Below are positions 1 to 14,190 of a stretch of DNA of 64,000 nucleotides, piece after piece. The stretch comes from Octopus vulgaris (taxonomy: Eukaryota), in the NCBI GenBank assembly GCA_951406725.2, contig OX597823.1, positions 64,108,001 through 64,172,000 of the forward strand, read 5' to 3'. Under the pieces are notes generated by a model that saw only the letters and a list, made by a program, of their open reading frames with translations, ran no database searches and was not told the DNA's origin. The number at the start of each line of letters is the position of its first letter. The stretch's first letter is position 1. A program made the position numbers and the translations under genes.

Positions 1-107
1 ATGTATGATATTATAGAGTATGTAAAATCTAACTAATGGACATAGTATGGAGACCTGACAATTACCATGTGTTTCCTCTACTGTGCATATCGAGCTCTCA
101 CCTATTG

Positions 108-143
<36 letters not shown>

Positions 144-237
144 CGTGACCGACCAGGCTATCAGATGTTGCTACACATCGCTGGTCACAATGTGCATATA
201 CATCCATACATACATACATACATGCATTATTTATATA

Positions 238-525
238 CCCTTTTCAAGCCTAGCCAGGCTCATAGGCCTGGTTTCCTGGTTTCTGTGGTGTATGTGTTCC
301 CCCCAGCTGGACGGGACGCCAGTGTTTCACAAGAAACAGGAAGAGAGAGTGAGAGAAAGTCAGGGCAAAAGAATACAACAGAGGTCACCAGCACCCCCTG
401 CTGGAGCCTCATAGAGCTTTAGATGTTTTCGCTCAATAAACACATGCAATGCCCGGTCTGTGAATCGAAACCGCGATCCTCCAACTGCGAGTCTGCTGTC
501 CTAATCACTGGGCTGTCGCGCCTCC
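238..525 (-). mobile_element. tRNA-derived SINE, family D (head ggaggcgc...cccagtggttagggcagcggactcgc)
   Basis: The minus strand has a tRNA-like head with A and B boxes. Related copies lie at about 10900-11120, 11515-11735, 12812-13153, 13276-13520, 19308-19610, 29000-29290, 31980-32357, 37355-37697, 49355-49938 and 55358-55660. Confidence 0.8.
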
Positions 526-538
526 ATATATATGAATT

Positions 539-618
<80 letters not shown>

Positions 619-621
<3 letters not shown>

Positions 622-2185
622 ATATATATAAAACTGAGAATGTGTGTCAGTCTGTCTGTTTGTCTGTGTGTTTCCCTAAAACTTGAGAACTACACAACCA
701 ATTTCATTCAAATTTTACACATGCCTTACTTAGGGTCCATGTAGTTTCATGGGCAAAAAAAATGTTCAACCTCTTGCCTAGAGCGAGCCCATAGCAATAT
801 CATATCTTCTCCACTATTTCAGTATTACATGTTAAAAGTGAAACAAAAACATTTCTCTATTTTATGTCAGATGCTTTCACTTTAACAATAAAAATAATAA
901 TAACAATTGAATTATATGTTGTAAGTAATAATTAAAATCAAACTAAAGTATAATATAATCGTAACATAACAAAAGTAAAAATAGCAATTGGTATAAAATT
1001 GCATCAATGACTTGAACTTGAATAAGTGGTTTCACATGAATGGGGATAAATTAAAAATAAAATTAGCATGCAGAAATGGAATAGTCCAGATGGAGCTGCG
1101 CTTTTACATTAGATTATCTGCTAATTAGCTAGCATTAAGTATCTATATGAAGTTTGGCTGTATGTAATATCTGTTTTCTCGAACAGCCGCTCCTACAGAG
1201 TACTGCTGTTGATTTATTTCTTATACATAAAGGACTAAAGCTTCAACTGCTTACTGCTTTCTGAGTCATCTTAAGGTTTGTTGTTATTATTATTACTGTT
1301 TAACTATTGTTATCACGTTTGTTGGTTCCTCGTAAAGGAAACATTATTGTGTTGCATTTGTTAAATAATTGTAAACTGTAACCCTCCCATTTTGGGAGAA
1401 GGAGCTTTGGTTATTGTTTAAAAATTGAATTAAGTCCCTGTTTAGGGAAATTGACAATATTTTCACTGTTTACACGGAGGCATTTTTGTTAGAATGCCTT
1501 CGATAGAAGAAAGTCCAAAAATGAATTTCACTGCAGCCGTTGGTGGGCGCGAACTCATTGAAATTAAAATGGAAGAAATACGGATTGATCATCGACAAAG
1601 ACAGTGAATCTAGGATAACACCACCAAACGAAATAAAAAATTAAATTAAAGAAAAGACTATTGTCTATAAAGTATACAATGTAGAGAAAAAAAAAAGATT
1701 TGAACACCTGGAGGAAAGCACCATCGAAAAGTGTCCTGGTGCGACTATGAAAGATATCTAACTAGAGGCGGTAAATTCGCCACAATAGTAGCAAGGTTCG
1801 AGTCAACGGAGCGTGCAAGGGAGTACTCGACTCGAACCTTGCAAAGTGGAAATATTTTTACCTTTATATCTGGGACGTAGGATGTCCCGGATAAAAATTA
1901 AAAATGTCCCCCTAGAAGTAGAGATAGGCTGGATTGTAGCCACACTTCTATACAAGAGGGAGGACAAGATACAATTGATCGAAATTGCAAGAGACGGGCC
2001 TACAATTCCAGTCTGTTATATATTTTGAGTATTGTTATCACTAGTGATATCAAGATATAACTTTGTATTTTGTATTTTATGTGTAGATGTATATATATAG
2101 ATGTACATGTAATATGTACACATATATATACACATATATACATGCACTAGCACTATGACCTGGCAACGACGGGTCATAATGCTAG
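619..2185 (+). mobile_element. Non-autonomous Helitron-like element
   Basis: Starts a|TCTATATATATAAAA followed by gtctgtctg repeats. Ends with hairpin gacctggcaacgacgggtc then ...gCTAG|t. Sits between A and T inside (TA)n with no target-site duplication. No Rep/Hel ORF. Confidence 0.7.
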
Positions 2186-2767
2186 TATATATATATATAT
2201 ATTTAATTCTTCTTCATCATCGATTAATATCTGTCTTCCATACTAGCATGGGCTGGAAACTTTGACAGGTTCTGCTTGTGTGTTTGATTTTACATGGTTT
2301 TTATGGCTCAGTTCACTTCCTCAAGCGAGGTGAAGTTGATGTGTGACATAGAAGGAAGGCCTCCACTTGATCTGGTGTTACAAAAGTGATAAGTGCATAT
2401 TTATTTTCCTGTCCATTTTGTTGCTTTTACACTAAACTTCTGTTGCAACAACACTCAATAAACTTACCAAGTTTGCTAAATGCTTTTTACATAATCTTTA
2501 GGTTCACGAGTCACAGATGTAGTTTCACAAGTATTCAAAAGCATATTGATGTTTAGTTAAAAACTGATATTTAATTTTACTATTCATTTTGTTTTTTAAA
2601 TGTCTGTTTGTTTATTCTCCGGTTGTAAGACATTTCCACTAGCCCCGGATCACTTCGTTTTTGAATCTTCAAGTTTTATTATTTCTCTGTTCTATTTAGA
2701 TTATTGATTTCTTATTTATCTGCCTTTCTCATACTTGTCAATGCACACTTATATGTATATGTGTGTG

Positions 2768-2808
<41 letters not shown>

Positions 2809-2831
2809 ATATGTATATATATATGTATATG

Positions 2832-2875
<44 letters not shown>

Positions 2876-2986
2876 CATCGTATATACATGTATATGTATG
2901 TATATATATATATATATATATACATACATACGTCGATTTGATTTGATTCGTTTGGTTTCGTTTGGTTTCTTCTTCTTCTCTAAGCT

Positions 2987-3027
<41 letters not shown>

Positions 3028-3386
3028 TATACTAGATATGCATATATTTATATACATACATATTATAGCTTGGAAAATGGATGTTAACTGTTAATGATGA
3101 TCTAGCTATCTATCTATCTATCTATATATAAAATGTATATGTGTATAATATATATATATACATACACACACACACATATATATGCATATACCCTATATAT
3201 ATATATACATACACATACATATGCCTATATATATGCATATATATGTATATATATGTATATATATATACATATATACATGTGTATATATATGTATATATGT
3301 ATGTGTGAGTGTCTCTCTCTCTATATATATATATGCTTATACATGTATATATATGTGTGTGTATATATATATATGCACATACATGC

Positions 3387-3447
<61 letters not shown>

Positions 3448-3632
3448 CACATTTTTGAAAAATCTTAGTCAGGCCATAACAATATCCGCATTGATGCTGG
3501 TGTACATGCATATATACAAACAGCAGGAATCAGCCTTCCAGTTAATGAATTTTCATACATGAGTGGACGCACATTTTATATATGGCCACATCTATGCCAC
3601 AAGTAGCAGAAAACAAGTTGGTAGCTCATGTG

Positions 3633-3669
<37 letters not shown>

Positions 3670-4715
3670 GCACACATGGATATATGCACACACGCATGCG
3701 CACACACATCCGCACACAAATGTCAATTGTGTATCTTCGCTATAACTAAAAATCTTCCTGTATTTCCATCTCAAAGAACAAACGTCTTCTGCATTTTGGG
3801 TCTAATCCCATTACTGACACTGACATATGTTGGGAAAGAATGCCTACCATGCTGGTTGTTTCAGAAAGCTAAGCCCTGCCAGAACTCTCTTTCTCTCTTT
3901 CCAAACTAAGCCTGGATTAGCAAGGCAGAAATATTACAGCCTGTCTACTGTTCTATGTTGTTTGACAATGACTTACGATCCTTTTGTCCCTTTCATGTAT
4001 ATCCTGAGGGTATTTCTGTGGAAATTAATCATGATAAAGGTTGTTGTTAGTTCTACTGTTGTTTAGCCCCAGGTCAAGTAAATGAGTCAGATAAGATGTT
4101 TGTTGGTCAGAAAATGGCCATCCTGTTATGAGAAGTTTGCTTTGTCCCTTGGTTTTGTCACTTGTTTTGCCCCCCCCCCCGTTTGGCCCCTTGCTTTTGA
4201 TTTTCAGTGTGTGTTACTTTGGGCCAAGTGTCTTCTGTGAGAAGCCTTTGAGCGGACCAAAGTTTTGTGAGTAGACGGGGGACTGAGTGGAAACCTATCA
4301 GAAAGGCTGGTTTATTCTCAAAGGTTTAACTTAGTCTGTTACCTGCTTTAACTGAACCAGTGCTATCACTGTCACCTCCTCCTACCACCACCACCACCAC
4401 CACCACCATTACCACCACCACTACCACCACAAGTACCACCACTAACACCAACACCACCACAATAACCACCACCACCACCACCACCACCACCACCACCTTC
4501 ACTAGTTGAGCTTGTATCTTGGTGGCTGATGATATGTGCATCTTTGATCACGAGCAGAAGTAGTGGGGGAGTGTCATGGCCATGTGTTGAGAGGAGTTCT
4601 TTAGGGTTAGAATAATTCACCTCTGGAAACATGGGTGTTTCATTCAACATCCTACCACTACCACTACCAGCACAACTGCTAACTCTACTAATGTGTGTAT
4701 GTATATATCAATGCT

Positions 4716-4750
<35 letters not shown>

Positions 4751-4754
<4 letters not shown>

Positions 4755-4970
4755 TACAAAATTAGAGAATGGAGAAACATACTTAAATCAATAAAACATC
4801 AACTATCCGATGATACCCAATCAATACTTTAATACACCATTACATATGAGTAGAGGCATTAATGCCTCTACTCATATGTAATGGTGTATTAAAGTATTGA
4901 TTGGGTATCATCGGATAGTTGATGTTTTATTGATTTAAGTATGTTTCTCCATTCTCTAATTTTGTAGTAT
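4751..4970. repeat. Perfect 220-bp palindrome (110-bp arms, no spacer)
   Basis: atactacaaaattagag...gaggcatt|aatgcctc...ctctaattttgtagtat. Centre at 4860/4861; abuts (TA)n. Confidence 0.95.
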
Positions 4971-5286
4971 TAATTTACGGTAATATTATTACCTTTACCC
5001 ATATAATACATTTGATGAACTGATTGTTTGACAATTTTTAACATCTATGTATTAATCTTGCTGGGTACCTATCTGGCAGTATATTGGATATATATTATCC
5101 CATGGTGGGTTGAATTTTCAACCCCTATCTCATTTTATATATATATATATATATATATATCAATTCAGGTATGTCCTTTATGGCCATGGCCCTAGTCCCT
5201 ATGCCAGCCAAGAGATCTCTGTTATGTGAGTGCTGGTATCCTTTAAAATGCACTTGTGATGGTGCCACATACAATGCACTTATACC

Positions 5287-5517
5287 TATTTCTTTATTAC
5301 CCACATGGGGCTAAACATAGAGGGGACAAACAAAGACAGACATAGGTATTAAGTCGATTACATCGACCCCAGTGCGTAACTGGTACTTAATTTATCGACC
5401 CCGAAAGGACGAAAGGCAAAGTCGACCTCGGCGGAATTTGAACTCAGAACGTAACGGCAGACGAAATACCGCTAAGCATTTCACCCGACGTGCTAACGTT
5501 TCTGCCAGCTCGCCGCC
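5287..5517 (-). mobile_element. SINE family B (ggcggcgagctggcagaaacgttagc... with a Deu/Nin-like core gtcgactttgcctttcatcctttcggggtcgataaa)
   Basis: Near full-length copy. Others at about 6783-7007, 27410-27620, 28222-28470, 29300-29435, 29452-29680, 48893-49110 and 50060-50210, plus a cluster at 52268-54635. The Deu/Nin label is from memory. Confidence 0.8.
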
Positions 5518-6088
5518 TTTATACCAGTGCCATACAAGATGCACTCATGCCAGTGCCACATAAATTGCATTATTTATCCCCCCACCTTCTCTTGGGAACG
5601 AATACCCTTTCATATACTGGACTACTGTCCAGTATGTCTAATATAATGCCCATACCCATCTACTTTTTCTCACAACAGAATGTATTATTTATTCCTCTTC
5701 TCAGTATTTTCACTACTCAGGAACTGCTAGCATTCATTCTCCTCTGGAATGAATGCCCTTCAATCAACATCATCACCACCATCATTCAACGTCTGTTTTC
5801 CATGCTAGCACGAGTTATCCAATACATAACTCTTACCTATCAATTAATAAACATGACTGTATGGTTATAAAGTTTGTTTTGAAACTATGTGTTATTTTTT
5901 GGTTCAATCCCAAGGTATGGTACTTAGGAAGAAGTGTATTGTTTTTTATTATAGTCTTGGACAAAGGTTTTGTATTTGGTTTGCAAAATTCTTGACGTGG
6001 TGAATTCGTGTGTTGAAGCAAGTCGTATGTCCTGAGGAGGTTAGCACGTTGAATAAAACTGGATGAAAGAGGTTGAGTAGAAACCTGT

Positions 6089-6455
6089 TGAATGGCCCCT
6101 GCCTGGTCGTGAATGGCCCCTGCCTGCTCAGGAATGGCTTCTGCCTGGTTATGTATGACCCTGTCTGGCTATAAATGGTCCCTGCCTGATCATGAATGGC
6201 CCCTGCTTGCTCATGAATGGGCACTGCTTGTTCATGAATGGCCCCTGTTGGCACATGAATGACCTCTGCTTGCTCATGAATGACTGTTGCCTGCTCATGA
6301 TTGGCCCCAACCTTATCATGAATAACCTCTGCTTGCTCATGATTGGCTCCTGCCTGCTTATGTATGGCCCTTCCCTGATCATGAATGGCCTCTACCTGAT
6401 TGTGAATGGCTTCTGCTTGATCGTGAGATGGCCTCTGTCTGCTCATGAATGGCAG
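6089..6455. repeat. 21-bp minisatellite, about 17 diverged units (consensus TGAATGGCCCCTGCCTGCTCA)
   Basis: The periodicity is directly visible. It explains the HEQAGAI-repeat ORF at 5949-6446(-). Confidence 0.9.
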
Positions 6456-8051
6456 ACGTAATCACTAATAAATCATTGTTATCAGAGAATGTTAGTTGTT
6501 AGCTAGGAACACAATGTTTACTACAATGTTACCACACAGCTAAATTGTTGTACATACAAGCATAAACACAAGTTTACTCTTTGATACAGACACACAATAC
6601 ATATGCACACATACATATGTGTACATGTATTCAGATGGACACATACATGCACACACTCATAAACACACACATACACACACTTATATACACTTGCATATAT
6701 GTGAGCACTCACATCTGCAAGCACACATTCTTACAGATACAAGAACACGTATGCATACTGTACACACACACACATTCATATATATTTCTTTACTACCCAC
6801 AAGGGGCTAAAGATAGAGGGGACAAACAAGGACAGACAAAGGGATTAAGTCGATTACATCAACCCCAGTGCGTAACTGGTACTTTATTTATCGTTCCCGA
6901 AAGGATGAAAGGCAAAGTCGACCTCGGCGGAATTTGAACTCAGAACGTAACGACAGACGAAATACCGATAAGCATTTCGCCCGGCACGTTAACGTTTCTG
7001 CCAGCTCATATATGCACAACATGTGCACTTGTGAATACACATATGAAAATGCACTCACACTTATGTACACAGCCATGAACACATGCAAACACACAAACAT
7101 ACATGTTCATAAACATACATAAAGATGCACTTATATACACATGGACGTATGCACACACATGTTCAGACTTACACAAACCTGAGTATACACATAAAAACAC
7201 ACACACACTTTGTGTGCAGAAGCATACATTAACACATATGCACACACACACACATGAGCATGCTCACACACACATGTATATATAAATCATACATGCTTTC
7301 ACATATAAAATGCACACATGTACGCACATGAACACATGTGGGTGTACACACCCACACGCATGCACATACCCATGTACCCATGAAAACACACACATATGCA
7401 CACTAATATATACTCACACATACCCACACATTTACTCGTACATATGCACACATGCACGCAATCATACACACACACACACACTTTGCCAATATTGCTAACT
7501 AAAGACTATTTTACAATACTGAAGTTGACTCCCGGTTCAGTTTCTTAGAATTTATTTCTCAATGTAAAATGCTAAGGTGTTAGAGTCATTGTTGGCAATT
7601 CTCTAACGTATCTATCCTTCTTTTATTGGCTATCTTTGAAAAGTTTAAAGATCCGTGATCTTTCAGAACCCATCTTGATTTCCTCATCTCACGAGGAAGT
7701 TAAGTTTGTTACCTCATAACTTTCTTCTGTCTGTTAATATTGGCATAATCATTGGATTATAAAGCAAAATGTTTTGTAACATTTATTATGGATCTTTATA
7801 TTCTGAGATCAAATTCTGGTATGGTTGATTTTTGCCTTGCTTCCTTCTGGGGTCAATAAAATGAAGTAACAGTTAATCATAAATGGTAAAGGTAACTTTC
7901 TTGAGTTATGCTGACCCATAAGGGCCAGTTTGTTGGTTTCCATGGCATATAAATTCACCACCTGGATGGGACTCCAGTCACTCACAGGATAACTCATTTA
8001 TTGCCAGCTTAGTGGACTGGAGCAATGTGAAATGAAGCGTTTTACTCAACA

Positions 8052-9362
8052 CCATTAGTTATGGTAAAGAAAAATCTTGTAGACTGGCGTCCTTGTGAAT
8101 TATGGATTTTGCAACTTCTTTGAGTGGTTGTACTATTTTTACAAAAATTGATTTAGTCAGAGCATACAATCAAATTCGTGTTGCAGAAAAAGATATACGG
8201 AAGACAGCGATTACCACTCCATTTGGTTTATTTGAATTTCTTCGCATGCCTTTCGGATTGAGGAATGCAGCAAACACTTTCGAAAGATTTATGGACGAAG
8301 TAACAAGAAATTTACCTTTCGTATTTGCTTATATAGATGATATTCTCATTGCTAGTCCATCAGAAGAAGCACTTGAAGACCATTTAAAACAAATTTTCGA
8401 GAGATTGACAAATTATGGCATTGTGATAAATCCATCGAAGTGTGTTTTTGGTGAACCCACTATATCTTTTCTGGGTCATCTTATCGATAAAGATGGAATT
8501 CGACCATTACCGGAGAAAATTGAAGCTGTTAAAAAATTTCTTGTACCAAAGACTTTAAGAAAGCTCAAAGAATTTTTAGGGATAGTTAATTTTTACAGAA
8601 AATGTATTCCTAAAGTCACTGAAACTCTATATCCCTTAACTGAGCTATTGAAAAATAGAAAGAAGGTAAAATGAATTACAAGCTTTTAAAAAAATTAAAG
8701 ATAAACTGTGTGAAGCAACACTTTTAAACCATCAGGTTCCTGAAGCAGAATTATCATTGATAGTTGATGCTTCTGATGTTGGAATCGGTGGCATCCTACA
8801 GCAATTTCATTGTAATTCCTGGCAACCATTAGCATTCTTTTCAAAAAAATTCAAAGTACTAGAAACTAAATACAGTGTTTTCGGCAGAGAATTGTTGGCA
8901 GCTTATTTGTCTATTAAACACTTCAGACATCTTCTTGAAAGTAGGTCATTTACTTTATTTACTGACCATAAACCGTTAACATATGCATTAAAAAGTTCTT
9001 CGGAGAAATATTCTCCTAGAGAAATAAGACACCTTGATTTTATTTCACAATTTACTGTGGATATACGTTATGTCAAGGGTGTTGAAAATTCAGCATCAGA
9101 TGCACTTTTTAGAATGAATGTAGATGCATTAAATTCACTAAACACTATAAATTTGGAAGAAATTTCTAAGGATCAAGTTGCGGATAAAGAATTTTCTTTA
9201 TATAAAAATTCCAATTCAACTTCTTTAAAATTTAAAATGTTGCCAATCCATTCGTGTAATTCACATATTTGGTGTGATATTTCTACAGGTTTTTTTAGAC
9301 CATTTGTGCCTGAAAAGCATAGAAAAATTGTTTTTTCTAGCTTACATAATTTTTTCAATACA
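8052..9362 (+). mobile_element. Ty3/Gypsy LTR-retrotransposon pol fragment (RT, RNase H, start of integrase), disrupted
   Basis: Motifs PLVMVKK...[40 protein letters not shown] and FLGH (RT); VDASDVGIGG, ELLA and FTDHKPL (RNase H); WCDISTG..RPFVP (pre-integrase). There is a deletion/frameshift near 8100 and a stop/frameshift at 8674. No LTRs; both ends abut SINE fragments. Confidence 0.92.
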
Positions 9363-9364
9363 TT

Positions 9365-9545
9365 TGGCACGTAAAAAACACCCGCGGAGTGGTTGGCGTT
9401 AGGAAGGGCATCCAGCCGTAGAAACACTGCCAGATCTGACTGGGCCTGACGAAGCCTTCCAGCTTCACAGACCCTAGTTGACCCGTCCAACCCATGCTAG
9501 CATGGAAAGCGGATGCTAAATGATGATGATGATGATGATGATGAT
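9365..9545 (+). mobile_element. Short retroposon, family C, with RTE-related motif (gttggcgttaggaagggcatccagc) and (ATG)n tail
   Basis: Related copies at about 9745-9825(-), 24575-24810(+), 29825-30020(-), 42645-43095(+, with internal ggcatgtaaaaagcacc repeats), 53300-53700(-) and 63285-63505(+). Confidence 0.75.
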
Positions 9546-10555
9546 TTGAATTAATAGTTATAACACATCAATATATACAATGCATTTATAAATTACATGT
9601 TAACATATGAAATTAGCCTTTCCAATATGGCTTTACAATTATAATGTTCATATACATTTCATTTCACTGGAAAAAAAAAATTTTTATACCTGCTACACCT
9701 CTATGTTGCTGGAGTGTATGCTACATTGTGTTCTTTTTTGGGACACCAGGAGGTTGCACCAGGCTCCAGTCTAATCTGGCAGTGTATCTACAGCTGGATG
9801 CCCTTCCTAATGCCAACCACACAAAACATTGATTAACCCAGGGCTATAGCAGAAGATATTTGCACAAAGTTCTGAACCCAGAACCATCTGGTCGCAAAGC
9901 AAAACTCCCTGCCCGCACAACTATACCGAAGCCTATGTGTTTCTCACAAGACTCAAGGTACATGAATGTATTGATCCGTAATACTGATTTGATCAACTCT
10001 GAAACAGTACTTACTATAAGATCAATATATATAAATTCCAAGCTGTGAATTTTCTGGATATTTTCTCTCAACAAGTAAAGCCACAATTCACAGGCTATAT
10101 AATACAACATCGATAACTTCGCTTGAAAGTATGTTCCGAGATTTATTTGTCAAAAATTACTCTGCAGTAAATAGTTTTCTGTCTCCAATAATCTCATTGG
10201 GAAACAATCCCAAATCCTGAAAAATCTAATAAATATACTCTTCCATTATTAGAAACAATTATATGAATCGGCTTTGTGACAAAAAGCTACACAGGTGGCA
10301 TTCACACCTCGCCTATTGTATTCGACATTTCAATGGATTTCATTGAAAAATGTTATAATGTTGGAATTATTAATTTGAAAACATTGGTTCCATTGTATTA
10401 TTGATATGTTCTAAAAGTTATTAATGTTAACAAGTACGTAGAGAGTCTGTCATTGAGAGGTAACGATAGTTTTGTACATATATGAGTGTAAGTGTACATG
10501 CACACACAGATAAAATGTATGTACATATGTATACATATGCATATAAATATGTTCA

Positions 10556-10723
10556 CATGTATACACACATGCATATACAAGTATACAGAGATAAGTATGT
10601 ATGTATATGTGGAGACACATAAATGTATACATCTGCATTTGTGTACACACATGAAAGTGAGAAAGAATACCTACATCATATAACACTTGTATTGATATAC
10701 AACTACTGTAATAAACTTCATTT

Positions 10724-10796
<73 letters not shown>

Positions 10797-10856
10797 GTTT
10801 AGCGTCCATTATATATATATACACACATAGACACACGCACACACACACACATATAT

Positions 10857-10899
<43 letters not shown>

Positions 10900-11352
10900 T
10901 ATGGTTTACTAGTTAGGTTGTTGAACTCGTGATTGTAAGATTGTGGTTTCAATTCCTGGACTGGGTGACACATTGTGTTCTTGAGCAAAACACTTCATTT
11001 CACATTGCTCCAGTCCACTCAGCTGGCAAAAATGAGTAATCCTGCGATGGACAGGTGCCCCAATCAGGGTGTGACTATATATGCCATGGAAACCAGGAAA
11101 CCAGCCCTATGAGTTTATATAATTTGGGAAGGTCTTTTATCCTATATGTGCATGTGCGCGCGCGCGTGTGTGTGTGTGTGTACATGTATACACACATGCA
11201 TATACAAGTATACAGAGATAAGTATGTATGTATATGTGGAGACACACATAAATGTATACATCTGCATTTGTGTACACACATGGAAGTGAGAAAGAATACC
11301 TACATCATATAACACTTGTATTGATATACAACTACTGTAATAAACTTCATTT

Positions 11353-11414
<62 letters not shown>

Positions 11415-11443
11415 TATACACACGCACACACACACATATATAT

Positions 11444-11514
<71 letters not shown>

Positions 11515-11770
11515 TATGGTTTACTGGTTAGGTTGTTGAACTCGTGATTGTAAGATTGTGGTTTCAATTCCTGGACTGGGAGACACGTTGTGTTCTTGAG
11601 CAAAACACTTCATTTCACATTGCTCCAGTCCACTCAGCTGGCAAAAAATGAGTAATCCTGCGATGGACAGGTGCCCCAATCAGGGTGTGACTATATATGC
11701 CATGGAAACCAGTAAACCAGCCCTATGAGTTTATATAATTTGGGAAGGTCTTTTATCCTATATGTGCGTG
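10556..11770. repeat. Recent tandem duplication of about 0.6 kb (about 10556-11150 and 11182-11770) including a SINE
   Basis: Near-identical unique sequence (aagtgagaaagaatacctacatcatataacacttg...) and SINE body in both units. Confidence 0.9.
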
Positions 11771-11786
11771 TGTGTGTGTGTACATG

Positions 11787-11853
<67 letters not shown>

Positions 11854-13518
11854 GTATATATATATAAAACCCCTCTTTGTACATATATCTGTATGCATTA
11901 TTTTACACTTTACACATACTTATATCAGCACATATTTTTCGAGTATTTATATTTTTTTATATTTATATTTTATAATTTTTCTTTAAATATGTCTATGCAT
12001 TACCATTAATCTCAATATCCTGCTTCTGATTCATAGTGTTAAATTAATAGATAGCATATATATCTTTCCAGATATTCCATATGTAAGTGCCTTGAGTAGT
12101 CTTTATAGAAACAACCAGATAATTAATTAATTAAGTTCAAAAAAGGCTATTAAAATGATTCTACAAAATATTCCTTTTTAATGTTTCTAATTAATACATA
12201 CACACCTTTTAGCTATTTTGGAATTCTTAAATTTTATTTTGTACAACATAACAATATTGTTTATAAACGTTTCCCCATCATGCCCCTAATAAATTTTACC
12301 TGTATTAGCATCTTAAGTTTCTTAGTGTCTTGCCCCTTTAACTGGTAATTAACATCGTGATTTGAAGTCTACACCTACCCTGCCTCTTTTTTATTGACAG
12401 TTACTTCTATCAGTTTGACTCTTTTATTTCCTTTCTCTTAGGGAAAAGGGATACCTATATTATTTATAACCATACCTAGCCATGAGATGTCAACTCACTC
12501 TTGTTCTTTATTCAAAATAGACACAGTCTTCTAGTCTCACATTTAATATATAATAAAGAGATAATTAAATTAGAAACGAATTACAACCCTTATAACCCTA
12601 TGACTCCACTATGCTCCAAGTGATTTTAAGAAATTGTAGTATATTCTTAGCGACTTTGCTATTATAGCGACAACATGAATTCCTTCCATCTTCTTATTCT
12701 GTTACAATATGTAAGCAAAATCATATTAATGTGTCCTACTTGTTGAAAGATTTCCAACCATATTGCTATGCCTATGCTTATGTAACACTTGTTTGGGTTC
12801 AGTCCCACTGTGAAGGCACTTGGCTTAGTGGTTTGAGTGCCAGGTTCACAATCATGAGGTAGCAAGTTCGATACCCAGACAGAGCAGTGCATTGTGTTCG
12901 GGAGCAAGACACTTTATTTCACATTGCTCCAGTTCACTCAGCTGTAGAAATAAGGTGTGATATCACTGGTGCCAAGGTGTATCAGCCCCTTTGCCTTTCC
13001 CTTAGATAACATCGGTGGCGTGGAGAGGGGAGACTGGTATGCATGGTTGACTGCTGGTCTTCCAGAAACAACCTTGCCCAGACTTGTGCATTAGAGAGGA
13101 ACTATCTAGGTGCAATGCCACAGACATTCATGACTAAAGGGGTTCTTTACCTTCTGTGTAGCATCTTGGGCATGTTTCTTCTACTGTAGCTCTGGGCTGA
13201 CAAAATCCTTGTGAATGGATATGATAGAAAAAAACTGAAAGAAGCCCATCACACACACACACATAAAAAATAAATGTGCCCTTTTAAAGCCTAGCCAGGG
13301 TCATGGGCCCAGTTTCCCGGTTTCTATGGCATGTGTGTTCCCCAGCTGGACGGGACGCCAGTCCATCGCAGCATTACTCATTTTTGCCAGCTGAGTGGAC
13401 TGGAGTAACATGAAATGAAGTGTTTTGCTCAAGAACACAACACATTGCCTGGTCCAGGAATCGAAACCACAATCTTATGATCATGATGCTGACACCCTTA
13501 CCACTAAGCCACACGCCT

Positions 13519-13634
<116 letters not shown>

Positions 13635-13647
13635 GTATATATGTATG

Positions 13648-13760
<113 letters not shown>

Positions 13761-13771
13761 GTGTGTGTATG

Positions 13772-14190
<419 letters not shown>

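Noticed and set aside
9990-10300. Possible Penelope RT remnant (AVNFLDI..., YESAL)
   Set aside because: Only two short motifs amid many stops and frameshifts; cannot be supported without an HMM search.
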